Source: an uncultured Bacillota bacterium
GTDB taxonomy: Bacteria > Sysuimicrobiota > Sysuimicrobiia > Sysuimicrobiales > Segetimicrobiaceae
DNA length: 64,000 bases
NCBI GenBank assembly: GCA_963804645.1
Contig: CAWDRG010000017.1
Coordinates: 794,276-858,275 of the forward strand
Direction: 5' to 3'
Shown here: positions 30,823 to 41,228 of the stretch, piece after piece
How the letters are laid out: each line of letters opens with the position of its first letter
Position numbering within the stretch: the first letter of the stretch is position 1
Translations under genes and position numbers: made by a program
The notes under the pieces: model-generated
Told to the model about the DNA's origin: nothing
The model's database searches: none
The model's input: the letters and a program-made list of their open reading frames with translations, nothing else

Positions 30823-32123
30823 CGCCGCTGTCCTCCCAATCGCCCGCCCGCCCCGACGTCAAGCCGCGGCGGGCGGTTGCGCCGCGGCCCTCGCAGGTGC
30901 CGCTCCAGCTCTCGGAGGCTGTTGATGTTGTGCGCCGATGCGAACACATCCACGAACGGCAGCGCGGAGCTCATCCCCTGGGTCACCGGCTCGTAGCCGG
31001 GGCTCCCGAGCAGCGGGTTGAGCCAAATCACCTTCCCGGCCCGAGCCCGCAGGTCGCGCATCGCGCCCACGAGGATCTCGAGATCGCCGGTGTCCCACCC
31101 GTCGCTGCAGATCACCACGATCGTCCGCGGGTCGAGCAGCCGCCGGCCCCAGATTTCGTTGAACGTCCGGAGGCTCGCGCCGATCTTCGTGCCGCCGGAC
31201 CAATCCGGGACCTGCCGCGATGCCTCCGCCAGCGCCCGCCGGATGTCGCGCTGATCGAGGGCGTCGGTCACGCGCGTCAGCGACGTGCTGAACAGAAACG
31301 ATTCGACGCGGCCCACGGCGTCCTGGAGCGCGTAAATGAACTGGACGAGGAAGCGGCTGTAGATATCCATCGAGCCGCTGACGTCGCAGAGCAGCACGAG
31401 CTTCGCCTTCCGGATCTTGCGGCGCCGCCACAGCAGCTGGACGGGGTCGCCGCCGAACTGCAGGCTGCGGCGCATCGTGCGGCGGAGGTCGACGAGGGTG
31501 CCGCGCTTCGCCGAGCGCATGCGCCGCGAGAGGCGCGTGGCGATGCGGCGGGCGATCAGCAGGATGAGTTCCGAAATCGCGTCCAGGTCGTCGGCCGAAA
31601 ACGCGCTGAAGTCCTTGCGCGCCCGGAGCTCGGCGGGGCTGTAGGCGGGCACGGACTGTTCCTCGTCGGGGGCCGCCTCCTCCCCGGACCAATCCGCGAC
31701 GCTCATCTCCGTGCGCTCCTCGGCGCCCGGACTCGGCTCCCCCTCGGGATCTTCCCCTTCTTCAGGCTCGGACTGCGCGGGGGCGTCGGAGACGATCGGC
31801 TCGCTCCAGAAGCGCGCGAACTCCTCGTCGAACACCGGCAGCTCGCCCAACGACGACGCGAACACGGTCCGGAGCCCCAGACGCACTTCCTCGCGGTCCG
31901 AGACGTCGACCGCGGTCAGCGCGCGCAGCGCGTCGCCGATCTCGGAGGGGCCGACGCGGAGGCCGCGCCGGCGCAGCCGGCGCGCAAACAGCGTGACGTT
32001 CGCCGGCAGGTTGCCGGGCCGGACGCGCCTCCCGGCGCGGGGCGTCCGCCCCGCGTCAGCGGCCCTTGGGGAGTTGGGCGGCCAGGGACGCGATTCGTTC
32101 GGAGGTCCAGCCATCGCTCGCAC
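30819..32123 (-). CDS. VWA domain protein, CoxE-like (start uncertain)
   Basis: LCDVSGSM, WSGGT.IG, SDGWDTG, WLNP. Confidence 0.9.
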   Translation of the reverse strand: MRAMAGPPNESRPWPPNSPRAADAGRTPRAGRRVRPGNLPANVTLFARRLRRRGLRVGPSEIGDALRALTAVDVSDREEVRLGLRTVFASSLGELPVFDEEFARFWSEPIVSDAPAQSEPEEGEDPEGEPSPGAEERTEMSVADWSGEEAAPDEEQSVPAYSPAELRARKDFSAFSADDLDAISELILLIARRIATRLSRRMRSAKRGTLVDLRRTMRRSLQFGGDPVQLLWRRRKIRKAKLVLLCDVSGSMDIYSRFLVQFIYALQDAVGRVESFLFSTSLTRVTDALDQRDIRRALAEASRQVPDWSGGTKIGASLRTFNEIWGRRLLDPRTIVVICSDGWDTGDLEILVGAMRDLRARAGKVIWLNPLLGSPGYEPVTQGMSSALPFVDVFASAHNINSLRELERHLRGPRRNRPPRLDVGAGGRLGGQRR

Positions 32124-33030
32124 CCATCCCGTTGACCGTGTCCAGGATCGGCCCCATGTACTGCGTGCGCACGCGCACGAGGTCTTCCTGATCTTTGCAC
32201 AGGCAGCCGAGCGTCTCCTCGATCGCCTGCGGGTCGAGGTGGTCGCGGTGCAGCGCGAACAGCGCGGCGCTCCAGTCGAGCGTCTCCGCGACGCCGGGCA
32301 CCTTGGAGAGGGGCACGGCGCGGATCAGCTGCATGAACGCGCAGATCTGATTCGCCAGGCGGTCGTTGATCTGCGGCACCTTCGTGTGCACGATCGTCAG
32401 CTCTTTCTCGAACGGCGGGTAGTCGATCCACAGATACAGGCAGCGGCGCCGCAGGGCGTCGCTCAACTCGCGGGTCCGGTTGCTGGTCAGCACGACGTAC
32501 GGCACGTGCCGCGCGCGGATCGTGCCGATCTCGGGAATGCTGACCTGGAAGTCGGACAGCACCTCGAGCAAAAACGCCTCGAACTCCTCGTCCGCCCGAT
32601 CCACCTCGTCGATCAGCAGCACCGGCGAGTGGTCGGCGGTGATCGCCTGCAGCAGCGGCCGCTTCAGCAAGAACGGCTCGCTGAAGATCTCGTGCTCTTT
32701 CTCCTCTACCGGCCGGTCGCTCATCTCCTCGAGCTTGATCCGCAGCATCTGCCGCTGATAGTTCCACTCGTACAGCGAAGTGTGCACGTCGAGCCCTTCG
32801 TAGCACTGGAGGCGAATCAGCTCCGTGTCGAGCGCGCGGGCCATCACCTTGGCGACCTCGGTCTTCCCCACGCCGGCCTCGCCCTCGATCAGCAGCGGCT
32901 TGTTCAGCACGATGCTGAGGTGCACCGAGGTCGCGAGTTCGCGATCGGCGATGTACCCCTGCGAGTTAAGAATCTCGACGATCTGCGGAATGCCGCCAAA
33001 CCCTGCGGAGCGATCCGAACCAGACGCCAT
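32056..33030 (-). CDS. MoxR AAA+ ATPase, CoxD-like
   Basis: EGEAGVGKT, LQCYEG, LLIDEVDRADEEFEA, ALRRRC. Confidence 0.93.
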   Translation of the reverse strand: MASGSDRSAGFGGIPQIVEILNSQGYIADRELATSVHLSIVLNKPLLIEGEAGVGKTEVAKVMARALDTELIRLQCYEGLDVHTSLYEWNYQRQMLRIKLEEMSDRPVEEKEHEIFSEPFLLKRPLLQAITADHSPVLLIDEVDRADEEFEAFLLEVLSDFQVSIPEIGTIRARHVPYVVLTSNRTRELSDALRRRCLYLWIDYPPFEKELTIVHTKVPQINDRLANQICAFMQLIRAVPLSKVPGVAETLDWSAALFALHRDHLDPQAIEETLGCLCKDQEDLVRVRTQYMGPILDTVNGMGASDGWTSERIASLAAQLPKGR

Positions 33031-33337
33031 CGGGGACCGTCACTCCTTCTCGGCAACTCGGGTGTGCTGCGGCACGCGGGACCGCGCGATCGAGCAGAAC
33101 CATTCTATATTAGCATAAACGTCGGGGACGCCGGATCTCATCCGTCCCCGAGAGAGCCGGCGGCCGAGTCGACGGCGGCCGTCCCGGTGCACCTCCGCCA
33201 GGCTGGCCGGATCCCGCCGCTCCCGCGACGGCGCGCCGCGCCGATCTCCGGAACGGCGCGCAGGAAGCCGCCGTGAGTCGCGAGAACGTGCGTGCACAGG
33301 AACGATCACGCACGCGGTGGCGCAAAGGAGCCGAAGC

Positions 33338-34087
33338 ATGGAGTCGTCGAGCAAGATCGCGCTGGTGACGGGTGCCGGGAGCGGGGTCGGGCGTGCCGTG
33401 GCGCTCGCGCTCGCGCGGGAGGGCTACGCCGTGGTGCTGGCCGGCCGCCGGAAGGAGGCGCTCGAGGACACCGCCCGCGCCGCGGCGTCTCGGACCCTGG
33501 TCGTGCCGACCGACGTGGGCGATCCCGCCTCGGTGGCCCGGGCGTTCGCCAGGACGAAGGCCGAGTTCGGCCGGCTCGACATCCTGTTCAACAACGCGGG
33601 CATCGGCGCGCCGGCCGTGCCGCTCGAGGAGCTGACGGTCGACCAGTGGAAGGCCGTCGTCGATACCAACCTGTCGGGCGCGTTCTACTGCACGCAGGAG
33701 GCGTTTCGGCTGATGAAGAGCCAGGACCCGCGCGGCGGCCGCATCATCAACAACGGGTCGATCTCGGCGCACACCCCGCGCCCGAACTCCGCCCCGTACA
33801 CGGCGACGAAGCACGGCATCGCCGGCCTCACGAAGTCGACCGCGCTCGACGGCCGGAAGTACCACATCGCGTGCGGACAGATCGACATCGGCAACGCCGC
33901 GACCGAGATGACGGCGCGCATGGAAAAGGGCGTGATGCAGGCGGACGGGTCGGTGCGGGTCGAGCCAAGAATGGACGCCGGCGACGTCGCGCGCGCCGTC
34001 GTGTACATGGCGAGCCTCCCGCTGGACTCGAACGTCCTGTTCATGACCGTGATGGCGACCAAGATGCCGTTTGTGGGTCGCGGCTGA
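33338..34087 (+). CDS. SDR family oxidoreductase
   Basis: [17 protein letters not shown]. Confidence 0.93.
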   Translation: MESSSKIALVTGAGSGVGRAVALALAREGYAVVLAGRRKEALEDTARAAASRTLVVPTDVGDPASVARAFARTKAEFGRLDILFNNAGIGAPAVPLEELTVDQWKAVVDTNLSGAFYCTQEAFRLMKSQDPRGGRIINNGSISAHTPRPNSAPYTATKHGIAGLTKSTALDGRKYHIACGQIDIGNAATEMTARMEKGVMQADGSVRVEPRMDAGDVARAVVYMASLPLDSNVLFMTVMATKMPFVGRG

Positions 34088-34240
34088 CCCCCGGCGTGCC
34101 GCCGGCACGGCGATGCCCGGTCTCCACCAACCGCCCTCGGTCCGCGCCCCCACGGGCGTTCGCGATCGGCCTCGGATGACGCGGCCGGGCCAGCCCGGAT
34201 CTCGGATCGACGCGGCCTCGCCCGCCGGCCCCCCGCGCCG

Positions 34241-35161
34241 ATGGAACTGATCCTCCTCGGGACCGGCTGCCCCCAGGTGGATCCGGACCGGCGGGGCCCG
34301 GCCAACCTCGTGCGCCACGACGGGGTCGAGATTCTGGTGGACTGCGGCTCGGGCGTGACGCAGCAGCTCGTGCGCGCCGGCTCGCGCGGCGCCGCCGTGG
34401 ACGCGGTGCTGCTGACCCACCTGCACTCGGACCACGTGATGGATCTCTACCAGCTCGTGCTCTCGTCGTGGCATCAAGGCCGCGACCGCCCGCAGCGGGT
34501 CTTCGGACCCCCCGGCACCCGGCGGTTCGTTGAAGATCTGCTGCAGGTCTGGCGGTCCGAGCGCGACCAGCGCATCGCGCACGAACGGCGCGCCTCGACG
34601 GCCGGCCTGGAGGTCGAGGTGACGGAGTTCGACGCGGGCCCGGTGCTCGTCGAGGGCGGGCTGACGGTCGGCGCGTTCGAGGTGGATCACCGTCCGTGGC
34701 GGCCGGCCTTCGGATTCGCGTTCGAGGCGGGCGGCCGCCGAGTGGTGCTGAGCGGCGACACCGTCCGGTGTGCCTCGCTCGTCGAGGCCAGCCGCGAGGC
34801 GGACGTGCTCGTGCAGGACTGCTTCATCTCCCGGGAAATGCACCTCGGCCCCGGGCGCACCGCGGAGGGGCTTCGGAACGTCGCGAGCTACCACGCGCTG
34901 TCCTCCGACGTGGGGGGCATCGCCGCGGAGGCGCGGGTCCGGTGTTTGGTGCTCAACCATTTTGTCCCCACGCAGTTCGATCGAACGGCGCTGCTGGCGG
35001 AAGTCCGCGCGCACTACCGGGGGCCGATCATTCTCGGGGAAGACCTGATGCGCTTGGACATCGACACGCGCCAGCTTCGGGTTGCCGGGGCGTCGATCGG
35101 GCTGGGGGAGTCGGACGCCGTGGAGCCGCCCCGGACGCCACCGCACGGGCACGCGCCGTAG
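34241..35161 (+). CDS. MBL-fold hydrolase (RNase Z/AtsA-like)
   Basis: LLGTG, THLHSDH, SGDT, LNH. Confidence 0.9.
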   Translation: MELILLGTGCPQVDPDRRGPANLVRHDGVEILVDCGSGVTQQLVRAGSRGAAVDAVLLTHLHSDHVMDLYQLVLSSWHQGRDRPQRVFGPPGTRRFVEDLLQVWRSERDQRIAHERRASTAGLEVEVTEFDAGPVLVEGGLTVGAFEVDHRPWRPAFGFAFEAGGRRVVLSGDTVRCASLVEASREADVLVQDCFISREMHLGPGRTAEGLRNVASYHALSSDVGGIAAEARVRCLVLNHFVPTQFDRTALLAEVRAHYRGPIILGEDLMRLDIDTRQLRVAGASIGLGESDAVEPPRTPPHGHAP

Positions 35162-35193
35162 TCACGCGCGCGCGGATCGACGCAGACGGTGCG

Positions 35194-35628
35194 TCAGCGG
35201 GGATCGGCGAACCGCGACACCCGCACCCGGCGCGCGCGGAGCCCGGCTGCCTCGGGAACCACGCGCGTCAGACGGGCGCCGTCGACGAGCCGAAGTCGGC
35301 GCGGGCGGCCGATCCGCTTCAGCAGCCGCTCCAACCTGAGCGCGGCCCCGCGGGTCGGACAGCGCCACACCGCGGCGAGCGCCCACGGACCGCGGCCGCG
35401 GGTGTAGCGCGCCGCCTGTCCCCGCCGGTGTGCCGCGAGGCGCCGCGCCGGATCGAGCGCGTAGCCGGCGTAGAATGTCCCGTCGCCACACCGCAGCAGG
35501 TAGGCGAAATACCCGCAGGCAATCTGCCGGCGTGAGCCGCGGGGCGTCGACCGTGGCCGGACCGGACGCGCGTCCTCACGGCCGGGTGCGCCGCCGGATT
35601 CGAACGTGCTCCGCGCGTCGTTGCCCAC
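35194..35628 (-). CDS. GIY-YIG nuclease (UPF0213/YhbQ-like); start uncertain
   Basis: YFAYLLRCGDGTFYAGY..RRLAAH..ARYTRGRGP..ALRLE. Confidence 0.8.
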   Translation of the reverse strand: MGNDARSTFESGGAPGREDARPVRPRSTPRGSRRQIACGYFAYLLRCGDGTFYAGYALDPARRLAAHRRGQAARYTRGRGPWALAAVWRCPTRGAALRLERLLKRIGRPRRLRLVDGARLTRVVPEAAGLRARRVRVSRFADPR

Positions 35629-35748
35629 ACCCACCCCACCCCCGAGGCGCGGCGTCGGGTGCGCGCCGCGACGCGCTCGGCTTCGACGAGAGGGCACACG
35701 CTCCTCCCGAGGAATCGCGCCCCAAGCCATCGAACGGTACACTCCCCT

Positions 35749-38082
35749 ATGACGACACGCTACTTCGGCGCCCGCGTGACGCGCAACGAGGACCCCGCGC
35801 TCCTTCGCGGCCGCGGTCTGTTTGTGGACGACGTGCGCGTCGCCGGCGCCGCCCACGGCGCCGTGTTGCGCAGCCCCCACGCGCACGCGCGCATCATCGG
35901 GATCGACGCGCGCCGCGCGCGCGCCGCGCCGGGCGTGCTCGCAGTCTACACCCACGCCGATCTGGGCCCGCTCGGCGATCCGCTGCCAAAGCTCATCCCG
36001 CACCCGGCGCTGATCCACCACAAGACCCAGTGCGCACTCGCGCCCGACACCGTCCGCTACGTCGGCGAACCGGTGGCATTCGTGGTCGCGGAGGACCGGT
36101 ACGCCGCCGAGGACGCGTGCGATCTGATCACCGTGACGTACGAGCCGCTGCCGGTCGTGGCGACGCTCGAAGCGGCGGTCGCCGCGGGGGCGCCGCGGGT
36201 GCACGAGGATCTCGACACGAACGTCTGCGCGCACTACACGCAGCGCGTCGGCCACGTCGAGGATGCGTTTGCCCGCGCGCCGCACCGGTTCGGAGCGCGG
36301 TTCGTCGTCGACCGCGGCGCCTCGTGCCCGATCGAGACGCGCGGGGTGGTCGCCGCGTGGGACGCGCGCGCGCACCACCTCGACGTCTGGGACAGCACCC
36401 AGGCACCGATTCCGATCCGCAACGGCCTCGCCCGACTCCTCGGCCTGCCGGAGCAGCACGTCCGCGTCGTCGCGCCGGACGTGGGCGGCGGCTTTGGGCC
36501 GAAGATCATGATGTTTTATCCCGAGGAGGTGCTCGTGCCGTTCGCTGCCATGCGGCTCGGGCGGCCGGTCAAGTGGATCGAAGACCGCCGCGAGCATCTC
36601 GTCGCGACGAACCAGGAGCGCGAGCAAATCCACGACGCCGAGATCGCCGTCGACGCGGACGGACGGATCCTCGGCGTCCGCACGGTGTTTCTCTACGACT
36701 CGGGCGCCTACATCCCGTACGGCCTCATCGTCCCCATCGTCGCCTCGACGACGTTGCCCGGCCCCTACCGGGTCCCGAATTACCACTGCGAGTTTCGCGC
36801 CCTGTTCACGAACAAGACGACGGTCAGCCCGTACCGTGGCGCCGGACGCCCCCACGGCGTGTTTGTGATGGAGCGCCTGCTCGACCGCGTCGCGGAGGAG
36901 CTCGGCGTGGACCGCGCCGAGGTGCGGCGGCGCAATTTCATCCAGCCCGATGAATTCCCCTACGACGTGGGCCTCATCTACCAAGACAACGCGCCGCTCC
37001 GGTACGACAGCGGGGACTACCCGGCGTGCTTCGCCCGCGCGCTCGAGCTGATCGGGTATCGCGACTGGCCTGCGCGCCAGGCACAGGCGCGCGCGGACGG
37101 TCGGGCGTTGGGATGCGGGGTCGCCTGCTACGTCGAGGGCACCGGCATCGGACCCTACGAGGGCGCCCGCATCACCGTCGAACCGTCCGGCCGCGTGTTC
37201 GTGGCCACCGGCGTCGGGACGCAGGGCCAGGGACACATGACGTCGTTCGCCCAGATCGCCGCCGACGCGCTCGGCGTGTCGCCGCGCGACGTCACGGTGC
37301 ACACCGGCGACACCGCGTTGTTCGGGTGGGGCACCGGCACCTTCGCGAGCCGCGCCGCGACGGTCGCCGGGAACGCGGTGGCCCTCGCGGCCGGCGCGGT
37401 CCGGGACAAGACCCGGCTGGTGGCGGCCTCGCTCCTCGAGGTCCTCCCAGAGGAAGTCGAACTCGCGGACGGCAGGGCGTTCGTCCGCGGCGTGCCGGCG
37501 CGCGCGCTTCCGCTGGGGGAGGTCGCCCAGGCGGCGAACCCGCTGCGCTTCGCCATGCCGGAGGCGTGGGAGGGCCCGGGCCTCGAAGCGGTGCGATACT
37601 TCGCGCCGCCGCAGGGCACCTTCAGCAACGGCGTCCACGCCTGCGTGGTCGAGGTGGACCTCGAGACCGCGATGCTCACGATCTCCCGGTACGTCGTCGT
37701 CCACGACTGCGGCCGCGTGATCAACCCGATGATCGTCGAGGGGCAGATCCACGGCGGCGTCGCGCAGGGGCTCGGAGGCGCGTTCTGGGAACAGCTCGCG
37801 TACGACGACCAGGCCCAGCCCCTCAGCACGACCCTGATGGACTACCTGCTGCCGACCGCCGCGGACATCCCTCGCATCGAGGTGGCGCACCTGGAGACGC
37901 CCTCCCCGCTGAACCCGCTCGGCGTCAAGGGCGCCGGCGAGGCCGGGGTGATCCCGGTCGCTGCAGTGATCGCCCAGGCCGTGGAGGACGCGCTGCGCCC
38001 GCTTGGAATCCATATCACGGAGGCGCCGCTCAGCCCCACCCGACTGCGGCGGCTCATCATCGAAGCACGGAGGAGCGCATGA
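35749..38082 (+). CDS. Xanthine dehydrogenase/CoxL-family molybdoprotein large subunit (form II-like)
   Basis: RNEDPALLRG, VGGGFGPK, PYRGAGRP, GQIHGG, KGAGEAG. Confidence 0.93.
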   Translation: MTTRYFGARVTRNEDPALLRGRGLFVDDVRVAGAAHGAVLRSPHAHARIIGIDARRARAAPGVLAVYTHADLGPLGDPLPKLIPHPALIHHKTQCALAPDTVRYVGEPVAFVVAEDRYAAEDACDLITVTYEPLPVVATLEAAVAAGAPRVHEDLDTNVCAHYTQRVGHVEDAFARAPHRFGARFVVDRGASCPIETRGVVAAWDARAHHLDVWDSTQAPIPIRNGLARLLGLPEQHVRVVAPDVGGGFGPKIMMFYPEEVLVPFAAMRLGRPVKWIEDRREHLVATNQEREQIHDAEIAVDADGRILGVRTVFLYDSGAYIPYGLIVPIVASTTLPGPYRVPNYHCEFRALFTNKTTVSPYRGAGRPHGVFVMERLLDRVAEELGVDRAEVRRRNFIQPDEFPYDVGLIYQDNAPLRYDSGDYPACFARALELIGYRDWPARQAQARADGRALGCGVACYVEGTGIGPYEGARITVEPSGRVFVATGVGTQGQGHMTSFAQIAADALGVSPRDVTVHTGDTALFGWGTGTFASRAATVAGNAVALAAGAVRDKTRLVAASLLEVLPEEVELADGRAFVRGVPARALPLGEVAQAANPLRFAMPEAWEGPGLEAVRYFAPPQGTFSNGVHACVVEVDLETAMLTISRYVVVHDCGRVINPMIVEGQIHGGVAQGLGGAFWEQLAYDDQAQPLSTTLMDYLLPTAADIPRIEVAHLETPSPLNPLGVKGAGEAGVIPVAAVIAQAVEDALRPLGIHITEAPLSPTRLRRLIIEARRSA

Positions 38083-38522
38083 AACTCGACGGCACCAGCA
38101 CGCTGCCGGCACCGGTAGACACGGTCTGGAAGACGATCAACGATCCGGAGGCGCTGCGCCGGTGCACCCCCGGGCTCACCGACCTCACGCCGACGGGTCC
38201 GGACGCGTACGCGGCGACGCTGACGATCGGCATCGCGGCGGTCAAGGGCTCGTACAAGGGCACGCTGACGATCACCGACAAGCGCGCGCCGACGCACTGC
38301 AAGATCCTGCTCGAGGGCACCGGCGGGTCCGGGTTCATGAAGGGCGAAGGCGTGATCGACCTCGAGCCCGAGGGCACCGGCACGCTCGTCAAGTGGAGCG
38401 GGGATATGCAGATCGGTGGTCTGATCGCTGGGGTCGGCCAACGCATGCTGGGGGGCGTCGGCAAGATGCTGATCGGCCAGTTCTTCAAGTGTCTCGAGCA
38501 GCAGCTCGGCAGCGGCGCGTGA
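38079..38522 (+). CDS. CoxG (SRPBCC) family protein
   Basis: VWKTINDPEALRRCTPG..GGLIAGVGQRML. Confidence 0.88.
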   Translation: MKLDGTSTLPAPVDTVWKTINDPEALRRCTPGLTDLTPTGPDAYAATLTIGIAAVKGSYKGTLTITDKRAPTHCKILLEGTGGSGFMKGEGVIDLEPEGTGTLVKWSGDMQIGGLIAGVGQRMLGGVGKMLIGQFFKCLEQQLGSGA

Positions 38523-39391
38523 AGCCGGCGGCGTTCGAGTACCACGCCCCGCACACCGTCGAGGAAGCGGTCGGGCTGCTCGCGGCCCACGGCGATGACG
38601 CCAAGGTGCTGGCCGGCGGGCAGAGCCTCGTCCCGATGATGAACATGCGCCTCGCGAGGCCGGCGGTCATCGTCGACATCAACCGCGTGCAGGCGCTCAA
38701 CTACCTCACGCAGGACGGCGCGCACCTGGTTCTCGGCGCCCTCTGCCGGCAGCGGACCGCCGAGCGATCCGCGCTCGTCGCCCGGCACTGTCCTCTCCTC
38801 GTCGACGCGCTCGCACTCGTCGGACACGCGCAGATCCGCAACCGCGGGACGGTCGTCGGCAGCCTGGCCCACGCGGATCCGGCGGCCGAACTCTGCGCCG
38901 TCCTCGCGGCGCTCGACGGGACGGTGACGGCCGTCGGCCCCGAGGGAACACGGTCGATTCCCGCGGACGCGCTGTTCGTCTCCTTCCTGACCACCTCGCT
39001 CGACCCGCGCGAGCTCCTGACCGAGGCGCGCTTCCCCGCGCTGCCCCGCGGGGCAGGCTGGGCGTGGAAGGAGATCGCCCGACGCCACGGCGACTTCGCC
39101 CTCGCCGGGGTCGGGGTCGTCCTCGCGTTCCGCGGCGGTGGCATCGCCGAGGCACGGATCGCCCTGACCGGCGTCGGCCCCACGCCCGTGCGCGCCACGC
39201 GGGCCGAGCGGGCACTCGCCGGGGCCACGCCCTCGGACGCGCTGTGGGAGACCGCGGCCGACGCTGTGCGCGCGGACCTCGAGCCGGACGGCGACATCCA
39301 CGCCTCCGCGGAGTACCGGCGGCATCTGGCGGGCGTCCTGACCCGCCGGGCCCTGTCGGACGCCGCGGCGCGCGCGCGGGAGGCCGCGTGA
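38519..39391 (+). CDS. CoxM-like FAD-binding subunit
   Basis: MKPAAFEY, LAGGQSL, IRNRGT.VGSLAHADPAAE. Confidence 0.92.
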   Translation: MKPAAFEYHAPHTVEEAVGLLAAHGDDAKVLAGGQSLVPMMNMRLARPAVIVDINRVQALNYLTQDGAHLVLGALCRQRTAERSALVARHCPLLVDALALVGHAQIRNRGTVVGSLAHADPAAELCAVLAALDGTVTAVGPEGTRSIPADALFVSFLTTSLDPRELLTEARFPALPRGAGWAWKEIARRHGDFALAGVGVVLAFRGGGIAEARIALTGVGPTPVRATRAERALAGATPSDALWETAADAVRADLEPDGDIHASAEYRRHLAGVLTRRALSDAAARAREAA

Positions 39392-39966
39392 TGCCGCCCA
39401 GGGAGATCACGCTGCGCATCAACGGGGCGACGTACACCGGACGCGCGGAGCCCCGCAAGACGCTCGCCGATTTCATCCGCGAGGAGTGCGGCCTGACCGG
39501 CACGCACCTCGGCTGCGAGCACGGGGTCTGCGGCGCGTGCACCATCTTGATGGACGGCGAGGCCGTGCGGTCGTGCCTAATGTTCGCCGTGCAGGCCGAG
39601 GAGGCCGAGCTGATGACCGTGGAAGGGCTCGCGGACGGCGACCGACTGCATCCGATCCAGCAGGCCTACTGGGAGCACCACGCACTGCAGTGCGGGTTCT
39701 GCACGCCGGGGTTTCTGATGACGACGCTCGCGTTGCTGCGGGATACCCCGCGTCCCACCGACCGGGAGATCCGCGAGGGGCTGTCCGGCAACCTGTGCCG
39801 ATGCACCGGCTACCAAAACATCGTGCGCGCGGTCGCCGCCGCCGCGGACGTGCTCGCCGCCGCGCCGCAGCCCGCGTCCACAGAGGCGCCGAAAACACGG
39901 AGGGCCGCGAAGGCTGCCGGCCGGGGCGCGCCCAAAGGTCCCGCGGGCCGACGCCGGCACGAGTGA
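39391..39966 (+). CDS. CoxS-like (2Fe-2S)-binding subunit
   Basis: GCEHGVCGACT, QCGFCTPG, GNLCRCTGY. Confidence 0.93.
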   Translation: MPPREITLRINGATYTGRAEPRKTLADFIREECGLTGTHLGCEHGVCGACTILMDGEAVRSCLMFAVQAEEAELMTVEGLADGDRLHPIQQAYWEHHALQCGFCTPGFLMTTLALLRDTPRPTDREIREGLSGNLCRCTGYQNIVRAVAAAADVLAAAPQPASTEAPKTRRAAKAAGRGAPKGPAGRRRHE

Positions 39967-40018
39967 CGCCCGTCCCACCGTGCACGCTGCACGTCCGCGT
40001 GACATAATAGTGTCCACG

Positions 40019-41008
40019 ATGACGCATGACGTCCAAGCGGTATCGATGAGCTGGCGGATCGGCCGCCAGCTCCGCGAGCCGGGGTGGAGCGGTGAAGTGC
40101 TCGCCGTCCACGACCGGAGCTGCTACCTCGTGGGCGAACGTTCCGAGATCGTCGCGATCGTCCAGCAGCCGCTCGGCAACAATCCCCTCGGGCTGGTCGT
40201 CCCGAAGGTCGACGGGTTGTTTCAGGAGTTATCGGCCGGCGTGTCGGTCATGGGCACCGGGGACCGGCTCGGTCTCGGCGAAGGGCTGACGATCGGCTTA
40301 GAGCACGCGGCGCTGTGGGACCCGAAGGGCTACCCCGGACTCACCGCCGACGACGCCGGATTCTCGCGCTGCGTCGTCGAGATGTACAGCGCGGCCGTCA
40401 CGTGCTCGCCGGAGACGAGCCTCGCACGCCTCTTGCCGCACCTCCAGGACGAGGACCTGCCGGAGTCCCTGGCCGGCGTCGCCCATTTTCCACGCAGCCA
40501 CGCGCTGATCGGCGGGTTGGTCGAGGCGCTGACGCAGCGCAACCAGCGAAGACTCAAAGTCGTGACCGCCTCGCTCGCCGGACTGGGTCCGGGCCTCACG
40601 CCCGCCGGCGACGACTTCCTCGGCGGGGTGCTCGTCGCGCTGGCCTTCGCCCACGAGCATCAGGCCGACGCTCAGCTCGCCGAGATCGCCGGCCTCATCG
40701 TCGAGACCGCCGCCCCGCGCACGCATGAGATCAGCGCCGCCTACCTCCGAGCCGCGTACGCCGGCGAGGTCAGCGAGGGGTGGCATCCGCTGATCCGCTC
40801 CCTGGCCACCGGAGACGCGCCCGGGGTCTTGCCCGCGGCGCGCGCCGTCATGGCGCACGGGGAAACGTCCGGGGCGGACATGCTCGCGGGATTCCTCGCC
40901 GGCCTGGGAGGGATCTACCGGATGTCGGCGCCGTCGTGGTCTCCCGCAATGCTGTCCACGATCGGCACGACGCCGTCCGATCCTCCGAGCGGAAACGCGC
41001 ACGCGTAG
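40019..41008 (+). CDS. DUF2877 family protein (YlbF/AllH-like)
   Basis: GLGPGLTPAGDDFLGG and GETSGADMLAG. Confidence 0.85.
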   Translation: MTHDVQAVSMSWRIGRQLREPGWSGEVLAVHDRSCYLVGERSEIVAIVQQPLGNNPLGLVVPKVDGLFQELSAGVSVMGTGDRLGLGEGLTIGLEHAALWDPKGYPGLTADDAGFSRCVVEMYSAAVTCSPETSLARLLPHLQDEDLPESLAGVAHFPRSHALIGGLVEALTQRNQRRLKVVTASLAGLGPGLTPAGDDFLGGVLVALAFAHEHQADAQLAEIAGLIVETAAPRTHEISAAYLRAAYAGEVSEGWHPLIRSLATGDAPGVLPAARAVMAHGETSGADMLAGFLAGLGGIYRMSAPSWSPAMLSTIGTTPSDPPSGNAHA

Positions 41009-41228
41009 CGTCCAGGGGCATGCATGCGGCGGACACCGCGCCGCGGCGGCGTCGTGGGGCAGTGTGGGAACGCATCGACGGCACTGGCCGCCCCTACCCC
41101 TCTAGCACCGAGCCCACCGCAGCCGTGAACCGATCGCCTAGGCGTGCAGCCCGGGACGGCACCCCGCGCCAGCGCACGCCTCCACACCGGCGGGCGCACC
41201 CCGTTTCTTCACAGCCGGGCGCACCGGC

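Noticed and set aside
35749..38082. Form I aerobic CO dehydrogenase
   Set aside because: The active-site loop is PYRGAGR, not AYxCSFR, and the gene order is not M-S-L.
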